Virus record (IMG/VR): IMGVR_UViG_3300045988_065224
Coordinates: 1 to 55,492 of that record
Length of the DNA stretch: 55,492 nt
Origin: a virus
Strand: one strand, 5' to 3'
The translations under genes and the position numbers were made by a program. Below, piece by piece: positions 23,801-31,044 of the stretch. How positions within the stretch are numbered: position 1 is the stretch's first letter; each line of letters starts with the position of its first letter. A model generated the notes under the pieces. The model was not told where the DNA came from. It saw only the letters and a list, made by a program, of their open reading frames with translations, and made no database searches.

Positions 23801-25216
23801 AATTTCAAAACTATTTTTAATAGAATTGAATAATGATTGTTGACCACCTAAATCTTTCCATGTTTTAAGCATAGCATTTCGGTAGTTACCGAGACTTCGT
23901 TCAATACCTAAGACTTCATCCCAGTATTTACCTTGGTCATCATTAATAAATGGGTTAACGATATCGCCGATACTTGTCCACATTTCTTTGGCTTCTTCAA
24001 ATCCACCTAGGAAATATTCCCAAGTTTGTGCCCATCCGGAACCAATAGCTTCCTGAACGGTATCTACCAATTGTCCGAATGATTTAACCTTAGTTGCAGC
24101 ATCGAGCATTGACTGGTCTTCGGAGAATTCTCTCAAAGTTTCCAGCAAGACTTCGGAAGTCAACCAACCGTCTTTCAATGAGTCACGGAATGATTTACTC
24201 ATATCACGAGCATGACCCATCTTCTCGGCCATTTGAGTAAGTCTATCTTGGAATAGTTTACCACCCATACCTGCGTTTACTACTGAGTTCCAGTCCTGAA
24301 GACCTACACGACCAGCAGCAAGTGCTTGAGACAACTGATACATTGCCGTAGAAGCTTGTTCCGTACTTGATCCAGAAGCGGCAGCCAAGTTGGAAATACC
24401 TTTAATAGCTGTTGCGGATTTGTCTAGACTAACACCCGCAGCAGTAAATGTACCAATGTTTTTGGTCATATCTGCAAATGAGTAAATAGTCTTATCCGCA
24501 TAGTCATTAAGTTGTTCCAAGGCTCCAGATACTCGACGCATACGAGTAGAAGAGTCTGGAATTTCCCATTCGGTATTGGTCATGATTGTTTGGATTGATC
24601 CGAGTTTGTTTTTATACTCAGCCAAACCATCGCCATAACCTCTAAAGAATTGTCCTGTAAATGACATTGCTTTCTGAAGCATGTTGCCCAAAACATTACC
24701 AACCGCAATATCCATAACAGATAATGAGTTTTGTACTGAGGAAGCTGCTTTAGAAAATGCATTAGCTAGAGGACTTGCATCGAAGCCTCCGATTTTAGAA
24801 TTCAACCCATCAATAGATTTAATTGAATTGGGAAATCCTTCGTGATTATCTGCCTTTTGGAAAATACCCTTGAGACGGGATAGAATCGAAGATGTGTTAG
24901 CAGTCTTGCTAGCAATATCAGTATTCATTCTATCAATAGACCGTCCTCCTCCAGACATATCGATGTCTTGAGTGCTTCGTGAGAAAATTCCTTTAAGGCG
25001 AGATAGTAGTCCCTCAGATTTTTGCGTCGATTTTGAAATTGTGTCATTCATGGTCGACATATCTGAGGCTATGTTTCTAGTAGCATCTTTACCGTTGACT
25101 TTAGCAAAAGCTTCTTTCAATCTGTTGATCGCGGCAATCGCTTCATCAGCATTCTTAGAAAAGCCTTTATTATCTAAGGTGACTTTGGCTACTTTTTCGT
25201 CTACATATCCTGCCAT
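17813..25216 (-). CDS. tail tape measure protein, 2467 aa
   Basis: TP901-type TMP core (ADKTIYSFADMTKNIGTFTAAGVSL...STAMYQLSQALAAGRVGLQDWNSVVNAGMG). C-terminal IHSPSRLFAKDVGKFIPQGVAMGI motif. Long internal hydrophobic and Gly/Ser/Thr-rich repeats. Confidence 0.9.
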   Translation of the reverse strand: MAGYVDEKVAKVTLDNKGFSKNADEAIAAINRLKEAFAKVNGKDATRNIASDMSTMNDTISKSTQKSEGLLSRLKGIFSRSTQDIDMSGGGRSIDRMNTDIASKTANTSSILSRLKGIFQKADNHEGFPNSIKSIDGLNSKIGGFDASPLANAFSKAASSVQNSLSVMDIAVGNVLGNMLQKAMSFTGQFFRGYGDGLAEYKNKLGSIQTIMTNTEWEIPDSSTRMRRVSGALEQLNDYADKTIYSFADMTKNIGTFTAAGVSLDKSATAIKGISNLAAASGSSTEQASTAMYQLSQALAAGRVGLQDWNSVVNAGMGGKLFQDRLTQMAEKMGHARDMSKSFRDSLKDGWLTSEVLLETLREFSEDQSMLDAATKVKSFGQLVDTVQEAIGSGWAQTWEYFLGGFEEAKEMWTSIGDIVNPFINDDQGKYWDEVLGIERSLGNYRNAMLKTWKDLGGQQSLFNSIKNSFEIVFNAMTKFREGFRSVIGDYKQSAKTFYNFTKALESITEGIKKNQLFFNTLNSIGKMVGQTFVTLGWALKTVFSGMKAVGDASGSILLPIRTAADSIARFMESLRSNTNAHVVFYHLGKTLANVFNIIVTLGRIAIFIIKDILRGFSKFGDSKGLVTFATTLSDVTGKVLTFVRAIEKFVLSSNKFEQIGNVLGKVSSKIGSAFSAVFSKLKTLANPFGNAEAIFSGASNIFANAGEKLSSALNKIGEVTSQAWTAIVDSFKSGYEGLKDAYTSFNIGSIIKAIIGLFALDKWLKFKNAKGSVIDMVIEKFKEMFSGAKESGTSIIDEVKGVFTSLQGTINSFTQSIKIGSLLMIAIALGILALSIDRLSKIEMKDLSKGMLGLGSALGILLKLIKVMSATEIPKGSAMQLIGIAFAIRILASAMVKMAEIPTDKLMEAISGTYAAIYGLVRALKYIDKLEGSEAKIMQLIGIAFAVRILVWSIKAIAKLEPEKLLYALPAVGTLIFSLAKVTKYLDKVHITKSAIANLITFAISIRILVWSVKALAKIEWPQLLAAVGSVITLMAAMAIASRVMSKVHVAKSALANLIVFSIAIRILTSSVIKIAALSWDSILAATASVVTLLESLAIASRIMTKVKIDKSAMAGMIAFGISIWLLSQSVIDLGTMEWDMLLLGMAGVEALLLSLVGVSHLMKKAKVNMASAMVLVAFGLAIYAITKAIEPLTQLSIEQLVKSIASVEVMLFSLVGVAALMKKVKFNAGAALSMIILTAMLTSVADNLMKVADKPWTSLLAASAGISAVFLAMAYTAKIINGSVKNFAEVGQLRILFDSFASVLLAIGTSMDQIGKLDWKQMLVGLGGIVLVLGALTAMTALIDHIQPDVTTLGGIAAFAPVLYAVGSALSGVAAQPWTGILAATGAIIATLGAMVAAMAIVDKVGSTSGVLQLMGMAVALNMLAIPIMLLSTLNLVAVGVALLALAGNLAILLAAGALAQVVAPGLMILSSTLITFGISSILAASSVLIAGLGFLAFVTAIKELAAIAPEAFKTVAEGMVSFSKAIAESAPILIQAWVSVVKESINGLVVLIPFIVDAAFKLVIGLVNGIKENAPELVKAAVEMLVELAKGLIENIDILVQTAIELAVKFIESLANALIGVRDRLIPALQNLFMVISDVLLSVLGGLLAPLLEKIVEILTPVGTMITEFLSNLASAIEPIFTPLMEGLKVLFESIATIITVVAEAIIATVNAIKDIIRSIADVIISTHATIQTIVNAIVEVFRIMADAIDTVITGVINIIDGVANVIKTAGEAISGVLTSVGEVFKSFGEGVKTALEGVGKVVESFGTGIKTALEGVGKIFESIGTGIKTALDGVADIIKAVGDAAESFGKGFKAFGEGVKLVGEHGATAATGLASLTVEVAKLGASAYAGNLQGFTTDIETLAKACSTLGDTASNILTLSTSLTIISSSLTIISGVGSLAATAFQTLSTEFTNISTSAESASTAFLNLSGPVNTLIGMMSAILSSFGTAIGQFQTMVGAMEAVNLGFINIQNSITFLMENFNLINTSVETFKTSLLNAQTQMGEFFSSISNSTESFAILTAATETGMQGMVMAVQNGMANVQTTMDSSIGALASAVGAGFGLVSSAVSSSMETVIGAVQTSMTGVVNSISTSMSSVADQAKASFSTISTSISGSISQISRDMSQGMSGVSQTISSRVTEINSQFTKMSSTVSQIISSMMTVMSSSIQNGMGVAANNVYSGMSQIISTVGSYTGSARSSGYNVGYYISSGIAAGMYANMWEIESAANRIIYKAREAARAAADIHSPSRLFAKDVGKFIPQGVAMGIANEMPSTIKQMTNTFKSGFSKAADGAVSQGQIFAEAVSSAVNSVGDMLDVAIDDMSYSPKITPIVDTSKLDKFKLKDYDVNIGEMNKSLPKPSYSGVPNGTQQTTINNDNSNREFNVNVKVDTNGQPVNAKSLAKEIQQHIKDFDDQNRRSKGEEVFW
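19622..19894 (-). repeat. tandem 57-bp (19-aa) repeats inside the tape measure gene
   Basis: The DNA repeats ccttcaagagcagt(c/t)tta... The protein reads FGEGVKTALEGVGKVVES / FGTGIKTALEGVGKIFES / IGTGIKTALDGVADIIKA. Confidence 0.8.
20897..22588 (-). repeat. about ten tandem repeats of roughly 58 aa (hydrophobic) inside the tape measure gene
   Basis: Repeat units begin near aa 877, 936, 994, 1052, 1111, 1171, 1230, 1289, 1354 and 1412. The pattern is K-SA-ANLIxFxIxIRILxxSVxxIAxxxWxxLLAAxxSVxxLxxxLAIASRxMxKV. Confidence 0.75.
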
Positions 25217-25223
25217 AGGTTAC

Positions 25224-25904
25224 CTACCTTTTCTGCATCAATTTTTTAACAGTTTCTAAAGCTTGAGTATCAATTGAATCAATGGTTTTACCTGTAGAAT
25301 TCATTTGACGTTTAGCTTTTGCGAAATTATCAGCAATTGTTGAAATCTTACGTTTCGTATCTGCTATAGATTCTGGTTTTCTTCGTCCAAGAATTCCAGG
25401 TTTTTGTTGAGCAATTTTCAGAATATTATCCGCATAAGAATCTGCGTTTGATTTAGAAGCCTGTTTAGCGGCTTTCTTTAAAATTGCTTCGTCCATTTGT
25501 TTTGTAAAACGCTCGGTATCTTTACGATGAGCTTCTTTTACAACATCCTTAATTTTTCCGCCAAAACCTTTGATTTTTGAGTTTTTACCAGATTTTATCT
25601 GTTCGTTAGTTTTACGGATTTTATTAAGCTGTTCTGCGGCTTTTTGCAATCTCTTTTGATCAAGATAACGAGAAACACCCTTGTATCCTTTATATCCTAG
25701 ATATGTACCAAGCGCTGCACCTCCTACGATAGCTGCAGTTTTAGCAGCTTTTTCGATTTTTAATCGCTTTTCAGTTTTAGCGGCAGCACTATTCATATCA
25801 TACCCTTTGGATAGGTATTTATTCATAAGATGTTCTCGACGATTTCTTCGACCCCACTTCATGCCTTTTATTCCGAAGTGTTGGATCGTGTCATTATATT
25901 TCAT
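25224..25904 (-). CDS. basic protein with N-terminal HFGIKGMKWG motif (226 aa); paralog family member c
   Basis: ATG 25904 behind AGGTGATTCAT. Starts MKYNDTIQHFGIKGMKWGRRNRR. Contains the Gly/hydrophobic patch TAAIVGGAALGTYLGY and a Lys-rich tail. Lies immediately upstream of the tape measure. Confidence 0.65.
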   Translation of the reverse strand: MKYNDTIQHFGIKGMKWGRRNRREHLMNKYLSKGYDMNSAAAKTEKRLKIEKAAKTAAIVGGAALGTYLGYKGYKGVSRYLDQKRLQKAAEQLNKIRKTNEQIKSGKNSKIKGFGGKIKDVVKEAHRKDTERFTKQMDEAILKKAAKQASKSNADSYADNILKIAQQKPGILGRRKPESIADTKRKISTIADNFAKAKRQMNSTGKTIDSIDTQALETVKKLMQKR

Positions 25905-25913
25905 ATGAATCAC

Positions 25914-26273
25914 CTATTTGAAATAATCTTCAAGTATCTTTTCGATAGTTTTCTTATAAACAGAATTAATTGCTTTATCAATATATGGTCTTGGTGGAAC
26001 ATACCCTCCTGTTCCGGTACCGTGGCCATAGTGAATTAACATTGCAACATTAACCCCGTTATTTAAATGACTATTGTATATCTCCAAATCAATCCCTCTA
26101 GATGTAGGTATTAATCTGTACCCCCATGATTCGGCGGTTTCGCCAGACTCTTTTGGCGTCGCATCTTTTAAGGCCTTTACAATAGCCTTGCCTAAAATAT
26201 CCATATTGGTTGTTCTAGGTCTTGTTAAAAATTTTTCCAAATGTCCGAAATCTCCAGAAACTGATATAGCCAT
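25914..26273 (-). CDS. HK97 gp10-like head-tail/tail-completion family protein (119 aa)
   Basis: The pattern ...KESGETAESWGY...NVAMLIHYGHGTGTGGYVPPRPYIDKAI matches my recollection of the HK97 gp10 family. Confidence 0.6.
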   Translation of the reverse strand: MAISVSGDFGHLEKFLTRPRTTNMDILGKAIVKALKDATPKESGETAESWGYRLIPTSRGIDLEIYNSHLNNGVNVAMLIHYGHGTGTGGYVPPRPYIDKAINSVYKKTIEKILEDYFK

Positions 26274-26779
26274 TAGTTACCAATCCTTTCTGCGATTTTT
26301 CGTAGTTGTTTCTCTTTATCAACATCACTTAGTTTGGAACTTGATGCAACTTTGAGAACCTTATTTGTTAACAAATCATTGTCCCTATTATTTTTAAGGA
26401 GTCGTTTTGTTTCTTTATAAGAATTTCTCAAACTTCGTTTTTCATTTCGATAAACTCTTCTAGCAGAATCTGCTCCAGTAGCAATATCGTAGGTCTTTGC
26501 TCCTAAAACACCAGACATTCCATAATTAAGAAAATCTTTATTCCTAGTAAGTACACCTAAACCAAGAGAAACAATTCCAGAATTTTTTAGAGATCTAGAA
26601 AACCTACCCGGACGATTTTTCTTATATCGACGTTTAGCTTCTTTTAAACGTTTCTTATAATATCTTCTGTTTCTGATTCTATCTAATGTATATCGGGTTC
26701 TTACACCCCATTTCATACCTTTGACGCCGAAATGTTCAATAGTATCAGAAAAGGAGACTGCAATATAATTATTTTCCAT
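26273..26779 (-). CDS. basic protein with N-terminal HFGVKGMKWG motif (168 aa); paralog family member b
   Basis: ORF 26273..26899 trimmed to ATG 26779 behind AAGGAGTAGAATGC. Starts MENNYIAVSFSDTIEHFGVKGMKWGVRTRY, followed by an Arg/Lys-rich remainder. Confidence 0.65.
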   Translation of the reverse strand: MENNYIAVSFSDTIEHFGVKGMKWGVRTRYTLDRIRNRRYYKKRLKEAKRRYKKNRPGRFSRSLKNSGIVSLGLGVLTRNKDFLNYGMSGVLGAKTYDIATGADSARRVYRNEKRSLRNSYKETKRLLKNNRDNDLLTNKVLKVASSSKLSDVDKEKQLRKIAERIGN

Positions 26780-27344
26780 GCATTCTACTCCTTGCGGCAG
26801 CTTCTTGTTTTCTTCGATTAGCAAGAACGGTCTTGCGGTGTTCTTCCATAACTTCAGCTTGAGACATTTTCTTGGGAGGTTCTTGTAATGATCCAACACA
26901 GTTTAGAAGCATGATTAATTTATTTAGATTTCGGTCTTCCCATTCAAAAGGAATATGGTTTAAGGCCATGTATCCATAAATTATTTCAGATGTGTAAATT
27001 TTCTTACGATGATATCCTCCTCCAGAATTTTTAGACTCTGGCAATACTGTAGCTGACGGTGTATGTTTTAGATACTTTATGATTTCTTCCATATTCTCTT
27101 GAGAAATCGAGTCGACATCAAATTCTTCATCACAAATAATTTTAATAAAGTCCAGCATTTCTTCTGGAGAAATATCTTTATCATTATCTATAAATCGTTT
27201 CTCATGTTTACTTTCCCACTTATCCAAATTCTTAAGAGTATATCTAAAAGTCAACTCTTTACCAGGAGAAGAAATAAATTCTTCTTTTTCGTCGTCCCAA
27301 TATTCAGTATCATCGAGTCGCAAAGTTAGAAATTCTTGCGCCAT
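26769..27344 (-). CDS. structural-module protein, possibly a second tail assembly chaperone (191 aa)
   Basis: ATG 27344 behind GAGGTGTGAAA. Acidic N-terminal half, located between the tail tube and the tape measure. The function is a guess from position. Confidence 0.5.
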   Translation of the reverse strand: MAQEFLTLRLDDTEYWDDEKEEFISSPGKELTFRYTLKNLDKWESKHEKRFIDNDKDISPEEMLDFIKIICDEEFDVDSISQENMEEIIKYLKHTPSATVLPESKNSGGGYHRKKIYTSEIIYGYMALNHIPFEWEDRNLNKLIMLLNCVGSLQEPPKKMSQAEVMEEHRKTVLANRRKQEAAARSRMHGK

Positions 27345-27361
27345 TTTCACACCTCAAAAAA

Positions 27362-27397
27362 TTTAAAAATAAAAGGGATATGCAATATGCACATCCC
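27362..27397 (-). terminator. strong rho-independent terminator inside the tail module
   Basis: Minus strand GGGATGTGCA-TAT-TGCATATCCC (10-bp stem) followed by TTTTATTTTTAAATTTTTT. Confidence 0.65.
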
Positions 27398-27409
27398 CCT
27401 TACAGCTTT

Positions 27410-27817
27410 TTACTGAACAGCGCTCACAGCATTTTCAGCTTTGTTGATTCCACGAATATGAGCAGTAATTCCTGTAATGAATGTTTCAAGAACTTTGCGG
27501 CTTTCATCATGGAAGTCTTCGATCAAAGCATCATATGCAAGAGATTGTTTGAATTCTTCCCGAATCTGATCGTTTTTGATAAAACGTTTACCGTCTTCAG
27601 AACGAACACCATAAGCGCTAATGACAATGTCATTAAGAATGGCATATACTTTTTCGATGTCCTTGTCTTCAACAAGTTTTTCGATGTGTTTAGCCATGTC
27701 TTCTTTACCATAGCGAGCTTGAAGATCGATCAATTCCATACGGTTAAGGTTGAAAAAAAGAGTTTCGACTTGAGTTGCACCATCAAAGTCTTCGTATTGA
27801 ACTTTCTGTTTTAGCAT
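27410..27817 (-). CDS. tail assembly chaperone (gpG-like), 135 aa
   Basis: Immediately downstream of the major tail protein. Acidic, with the N-terminus ...ETLFFNLNRMELIDLQ typical of TAC proteins. No overlapping frameshift partner seen. Confidence 0.5.
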   Translation of the reverse strand: MLKQKVQYEDFDGATQVETLFFNLNRMELIDLQARYGKEDMAKHIEKLVEDKDIEKVYAILNDIVISAYGVRSEDGKRFIKNDQIREEFKQSLAYDALIEDFHDESRKVLETFITGITAHIRGINKAENAVSAVQ

Positions 27818-27839
27818 GTATGAATACCTCCTTTGTTAA

Positions 27840-28490
27840 TTAAGACAACAATTCTTTAACTTTGTCTGGAAGCGGCAAGTACGCTTGTTCAGTTTCAGTA
27901 CCGTACAAAGCGTCTTCCAACTTCTTAAGTTTTTCTGATTCAACATCTGTTGAAACGATTGTCAAAGTTGAAACAGGTTTGTGTCCTGTGAATTTAGCAG
28001 GAGTAGATTTAACACTCCATGATGGGTTTTGTGGTTCTGGTGACTCATTCACCGTGCTGTATGAACGCTCAGATGGAGCGGCCTTACAGCCGTACCACAA
28101 GTGGATCTTGTATCCAAAGTTTTCGCCTTTTACGTCGTTACCAAGAATAGATTTGAATGCAAATCCAAATGGTTGACGAGCTTGGCCATGCGCACGAAGA
28201 CCTTTAACAGGTTCTGCCATACCGTCACAAGCATCAAATTCTTTTGGTGAGCTGAATGCTTCAATAGTACCTTCAAATTTTTCAGGTCCTGTGATTGAGA
28301 AGAATAGCATGTTATCGGCGTAGTGTTCACTAGCTTCGGCACCAGTAGGATTTTCGTTAGCAGCAGTGATACCGTTCCAAGCTACACCTTTAGGGTAGTT
28401 ACCAGTTTCATCTTGTGGATAAAGAACCGCTTCAGAGACACCGGTTTCGTAGAAACGTTTTCCAATTTCATCGAATACGAGTTTTGCCAT
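27840..28490 (-). CDS. major tail (tube) protein, 216 aa
   Basis: The N-terminus MAKLVFDEIGKRFYETGVSEAVLYPQD resembles Firmicute siphophage major tail proteins. Located after the connector genes and before the chaperone. Confidence 0.7.
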   Translation of the reverse strand: MAKLVFDEIGKRFYETGVSEAVLYPQDETGNYPKGVAWNGITAANENPTGAEASEHYADNMLFFSITGPEKFEGTIEAFSSPKEFDACDGMAEPVKGLRAHGQARQPFGFAFKSILGNDVKGENFGYKIHLWYGCKAAPSERSYSTVNESPEPQNPSWSVKSTPAKFTGHKPVSTLTIVSTDVESEKLKKLEDALYGTETEQAYLPLPDKVKELLS

Positions 28491-28819
28491 TAGGCTTTAC
28501 CTCCAGTTGTAATTTCTAAGATTGTATGGTTCATGTTGTCAACAATGAACTCGTGTTGATATCGACAATGGGGATTGTCCAATAATACATCAATTATCGG
28601 AGAATCCACACGTTTGTCAATAATTGTCAATTGATAAGTTTCATGCGAATAATATCTGGTATTGTCCGCATGTCGCTTATCAATACCATGTCGTCTATAT
28701 AGAATACATGGATATGTTAGTTTGCTACTTGGGTTTGGATTATAGATGATTTTATAAGATTCCCCAAGTTTAGTTACTGCTTTCTCCAGCAAGTCCTGGA
28801 TATGCATTCGCTTGCTCAT
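28490..28819 (-). CDS. tail completion / tail terminator-like protein (109 aa)
   Basis: AGGAGGATTATATA before the ATG. Called from position directly before the tail tube gene and from size. Confidence 0.45.
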   Translation of the reverse strand: MSKRMHIQDLLEKAVTKLGESYKIIYNPNPSSKLTYPCILYRRHGIDKRHADNTRYYSHETYQLTIIDKRVDSPIIDVLLDNPHCRYQHEFIVDNMNHTILEITTGGKA

Positions 28820-29132
28820 TATATAATCCTCCTAAATCCAAAATAATTCGTGGAGATTTAATAGCATAACGCTCAACCTTCCACTTCTGTCCCATGAATG
28901 TAACATATAACAAATTTGTGATGTGCTTCATTAAGAATGGATGGGCAACGATTGAAAGACGATTGGTGATTTGAACATTGTCTATTGTAGATTTGCTGTT
29001 ATTTTGATTACGAAACGTAGTGTCGTTAATCAAGTCACCTTTGATAGGTTTGACAACAATCTTTGGTTCATAGACACCAGGTTCTACTTCGACATCCTCC
29101 AATCGAAAACCTGCATTACCCGAATACTTCAT
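28770..29132 (-). CDS. head-tail adaptor / head closure-like protein (120 aa)
   Basis: Directly after the capsid gene. The C-terminal half ...LYVTFMGQKWKVERYAIKSPRIILDLGG resembles the head-tail joining family pattern. Overlaps the next gene by 50 nt. Confidence 0.45.
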   Translation of the reverse strand: MKYSGNAGFRLEDVEVEPGVYEPKIVVKPIKGDLINDTTFRNQNNSKSTIDNVQITNRLSIVAHPFLMKHITNLLYVTFMGQKWKVERYAIKSPRIILDLGGLYNEQANAYPGLAGESSN

Positions 29133-29134
29133 TC

Positions 29135-31042
29135 TTATCCTCCAGGAACTCCTGCACGAGCAGCTTGAGCTCCGGCAGCTTGAGATTGAACATCGGCTTG
29201 GTGAGCACGAGGAGCAACAGATGCATCTGGAGTAAAGTATACAGCAGCTTTAGCGCGAACAAGAGCACCAGACAAGCGAGTTTCGATAAGATATTTGTGT
29301 TTGTTGAAGTCGATATCGAAGTCTTCGAATGTGTTAACTTCTCCACCTTTGTTTGTACCGATTTGGTAGTCAGCAAGGTTAACCATGATCATTTCTTGTT
29401 CTTTGATAAAGTTACTTTCAACAATATCAGCAACACCCATCAATGACGCGAGGTATTCTTTGGTAGCGGGTTGTTGTCCACCAAATACCCAGTTACCGTT
29501 CTTATTGCGCAAGAAGCGAAGTTTAGTAAGGAACAATGGGTTTACATACAATGTAGGTGTTCCAGAACCAAGCATCTTAGTCTTTTGCTCAGCAACGATT
29601 TCGAATACGTCCAACATAGCGTTTGGATTGTATTTAGCTTTGATTGTATAGAAGTCATCATCTTTAGAGATAGGACGAATCTTATCTTCTTTGATTTTGT
29701 CTTCCGAACCAGTTTCACGTCCGTCAGAAACCATGATCGCTTGCGCAATTTCATCATTGAGTTTGATACGCATTTCTTGACGGAAGAAAGCAGCTACGTC
29801 CAATTGTTGGCTGATGTCAATAAGGTCGTCACGGTCAATCGATTGTTTTTTATAGATTGTTTGAGGGTCAGTTTTACGAGAAAGGAATCCAATGATTTGT
29901 TCTTTCTTTTCTTTACCCTTGATGTAACCTTTAGCACGAAGTTGTTCGTCAGTAAGGTTTGTAAGGTCAGTCATAAGAGACTTAACGAAAGCAGTGGGTA
30001 CTTTTGTAACGCGGCTAAGAATATGTTCTGTAGCAGTGTTAGGTGAGTAAAGTACTTGAATACCGCCTTGTAGGGCATGATCTGGGAACAACAAATCGAG
30101 GTTGTTCATTGAGTGTTTCAAAGTGTCACCGTGTTCAAATTCGGTCAACACTTGACTTAGTTTGCGGCCTGAATCTTTAGCAGTAGCAAGAGCATCTTCA
30201 AGTGAGTGACGGAGTTCGTCAGTGTTGTTTGACACGTTTTGGAACGCGTTGTAGTGCATAGTGTTTCCTCCTAGGGCTGATTGTTCAATTTCTTCTTCAT
30301 CGTCGCTATTAGCAAGTTCTTCAAGAATACTATCAACTTGATCTTCAACAGCAGCGTCAAAGTTTTCGGCTACTTGATTTTCAAAGTTTTCCAAAGCAGA
30401 ATCAGTAGATGCTTCGACCAAGATAGCAACAGCTTCTTGTTGGTCTGGGGTTAGTGTTGACAATACGCCATCAACAATATCAGTAGCTTCACCTTCATCT
30501 GCGTGTTGGATACGGTCAAACAAGCTGATGCGTTCTTGACCTACCAATACATCTTGTGATGAGTGAATAAGTTCATTACTTTCCATAATGATTGTTTCTC
30601 CTTCTTCGGGATTTTGTGAGTGTTGTAGGACTTCGGTAATAACCGCTCCTGGATTTGCTCCAGCTACAACGAGAGATACTTCATAGATATTTCCATGAAT
30701 AACGTCATTACTTGGGGTACGTTTAATACGATTAGCCCCAATAGACATGGACCAGATGTCACCATGTTGAACAAGTTCTTTAGCTTGCTTCGCTGATGGC
30801 GTACCATTAAAGAATCCTTGTCCATAAACTCCATCGTTTGCATTATGCAATAACACATGGCCAATAATGTTGTCTGGGTTACTATGATCGTGAGACCATA
30901 CCAGAGGAACTTTTTGACCATCATTACCAGCAAAAGCACCATGTCGGATAATAACACCATCGGTACAACGGGTGTCGTTGCGAGTTACGTAACCCGCGAA
31001 GTCATACTCGGGATGTTTGCTCATTCCATGATTTTCCTCCAT
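29135..31042 (-). CDS. prohead protease (HK97/S78-like) fused to a scaffold-like acidic linker and an HK97-fold major capsid protein, 635 aa
   Basis: The N-terminus VPLVWSHDHSNPDNIIGHV...WSMSIGAN...YEVSLVVAGANPGAVI is S78-protease-like. Residues 150-260 are acidic and helical, like a delta domain. The C-terminal 350 aa or so have capsid size and position. The start could be ATG 31024. Confidence 0.75.
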   Translation of the reverse strand: MEENHGMSKHPEYDFAGYVTRNDTRCTDGVIIRHGAFAGNDGQKVPLVWSHDHSNPDNIIGHVLLHNANDGVYGQGFFNGTPSAKQAKELVQHGDIWSMSIGANRIKRTPSNDVIHGNIYEVSLVVAGANPGAVITEVLQHSQNPEEGETIIMESNELIHSSQDVLVGQERISLFDRIQHADEGEATDIVDGVLSTLTPDQQEAVAILVEASTDSALENFENQVAENFDAAVEDQVDSILEELANSDDEEEIEQSALGGNTMHYNAFQNVSNNTDELRHSLEDALATAKDSGRKLSQVLTEFEHGDTLKHSMNNLDLLFPDHALQGGIQVLYSPNTATEHILSRVTKVPTAFVKSLMTDLTNLTDEQLRAKGYIKGKEKKEQIIGFLSRKTDPQTIYKKQSIDRDDLIDISQQLDVAAFFRQEMRIKLNDEIAQAIMVSDGRETGSEDKIKEDKIRPISKDDDFYTIKAKYNPNAMLDVFEIVAEQKTKMLGSGTPTLYVNPLFLTKLRFLRNKNGNWVFGGQQPATKEYLASLMGVADIVESNFIKEQEMIMVNLADYQIGTNKGGEVNTFEDFDIDFNKHKYLIETRLSGALVRAKAAVYFTPDASVAPRAHQADVQSQAAGAQAARAGVPGG

Positions 31043-31044
31043 TA

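Noticed and set aside
26769-27817. A programmed -1 frameshift (gpG/gpGT) between the two chaperone-like ORFs.
   Set aside because: The two ORFs do not overlap. They are separated by a 59-nt spacer containing a strong terminator hairpin, and the second ORF has its own RBS and ATG.
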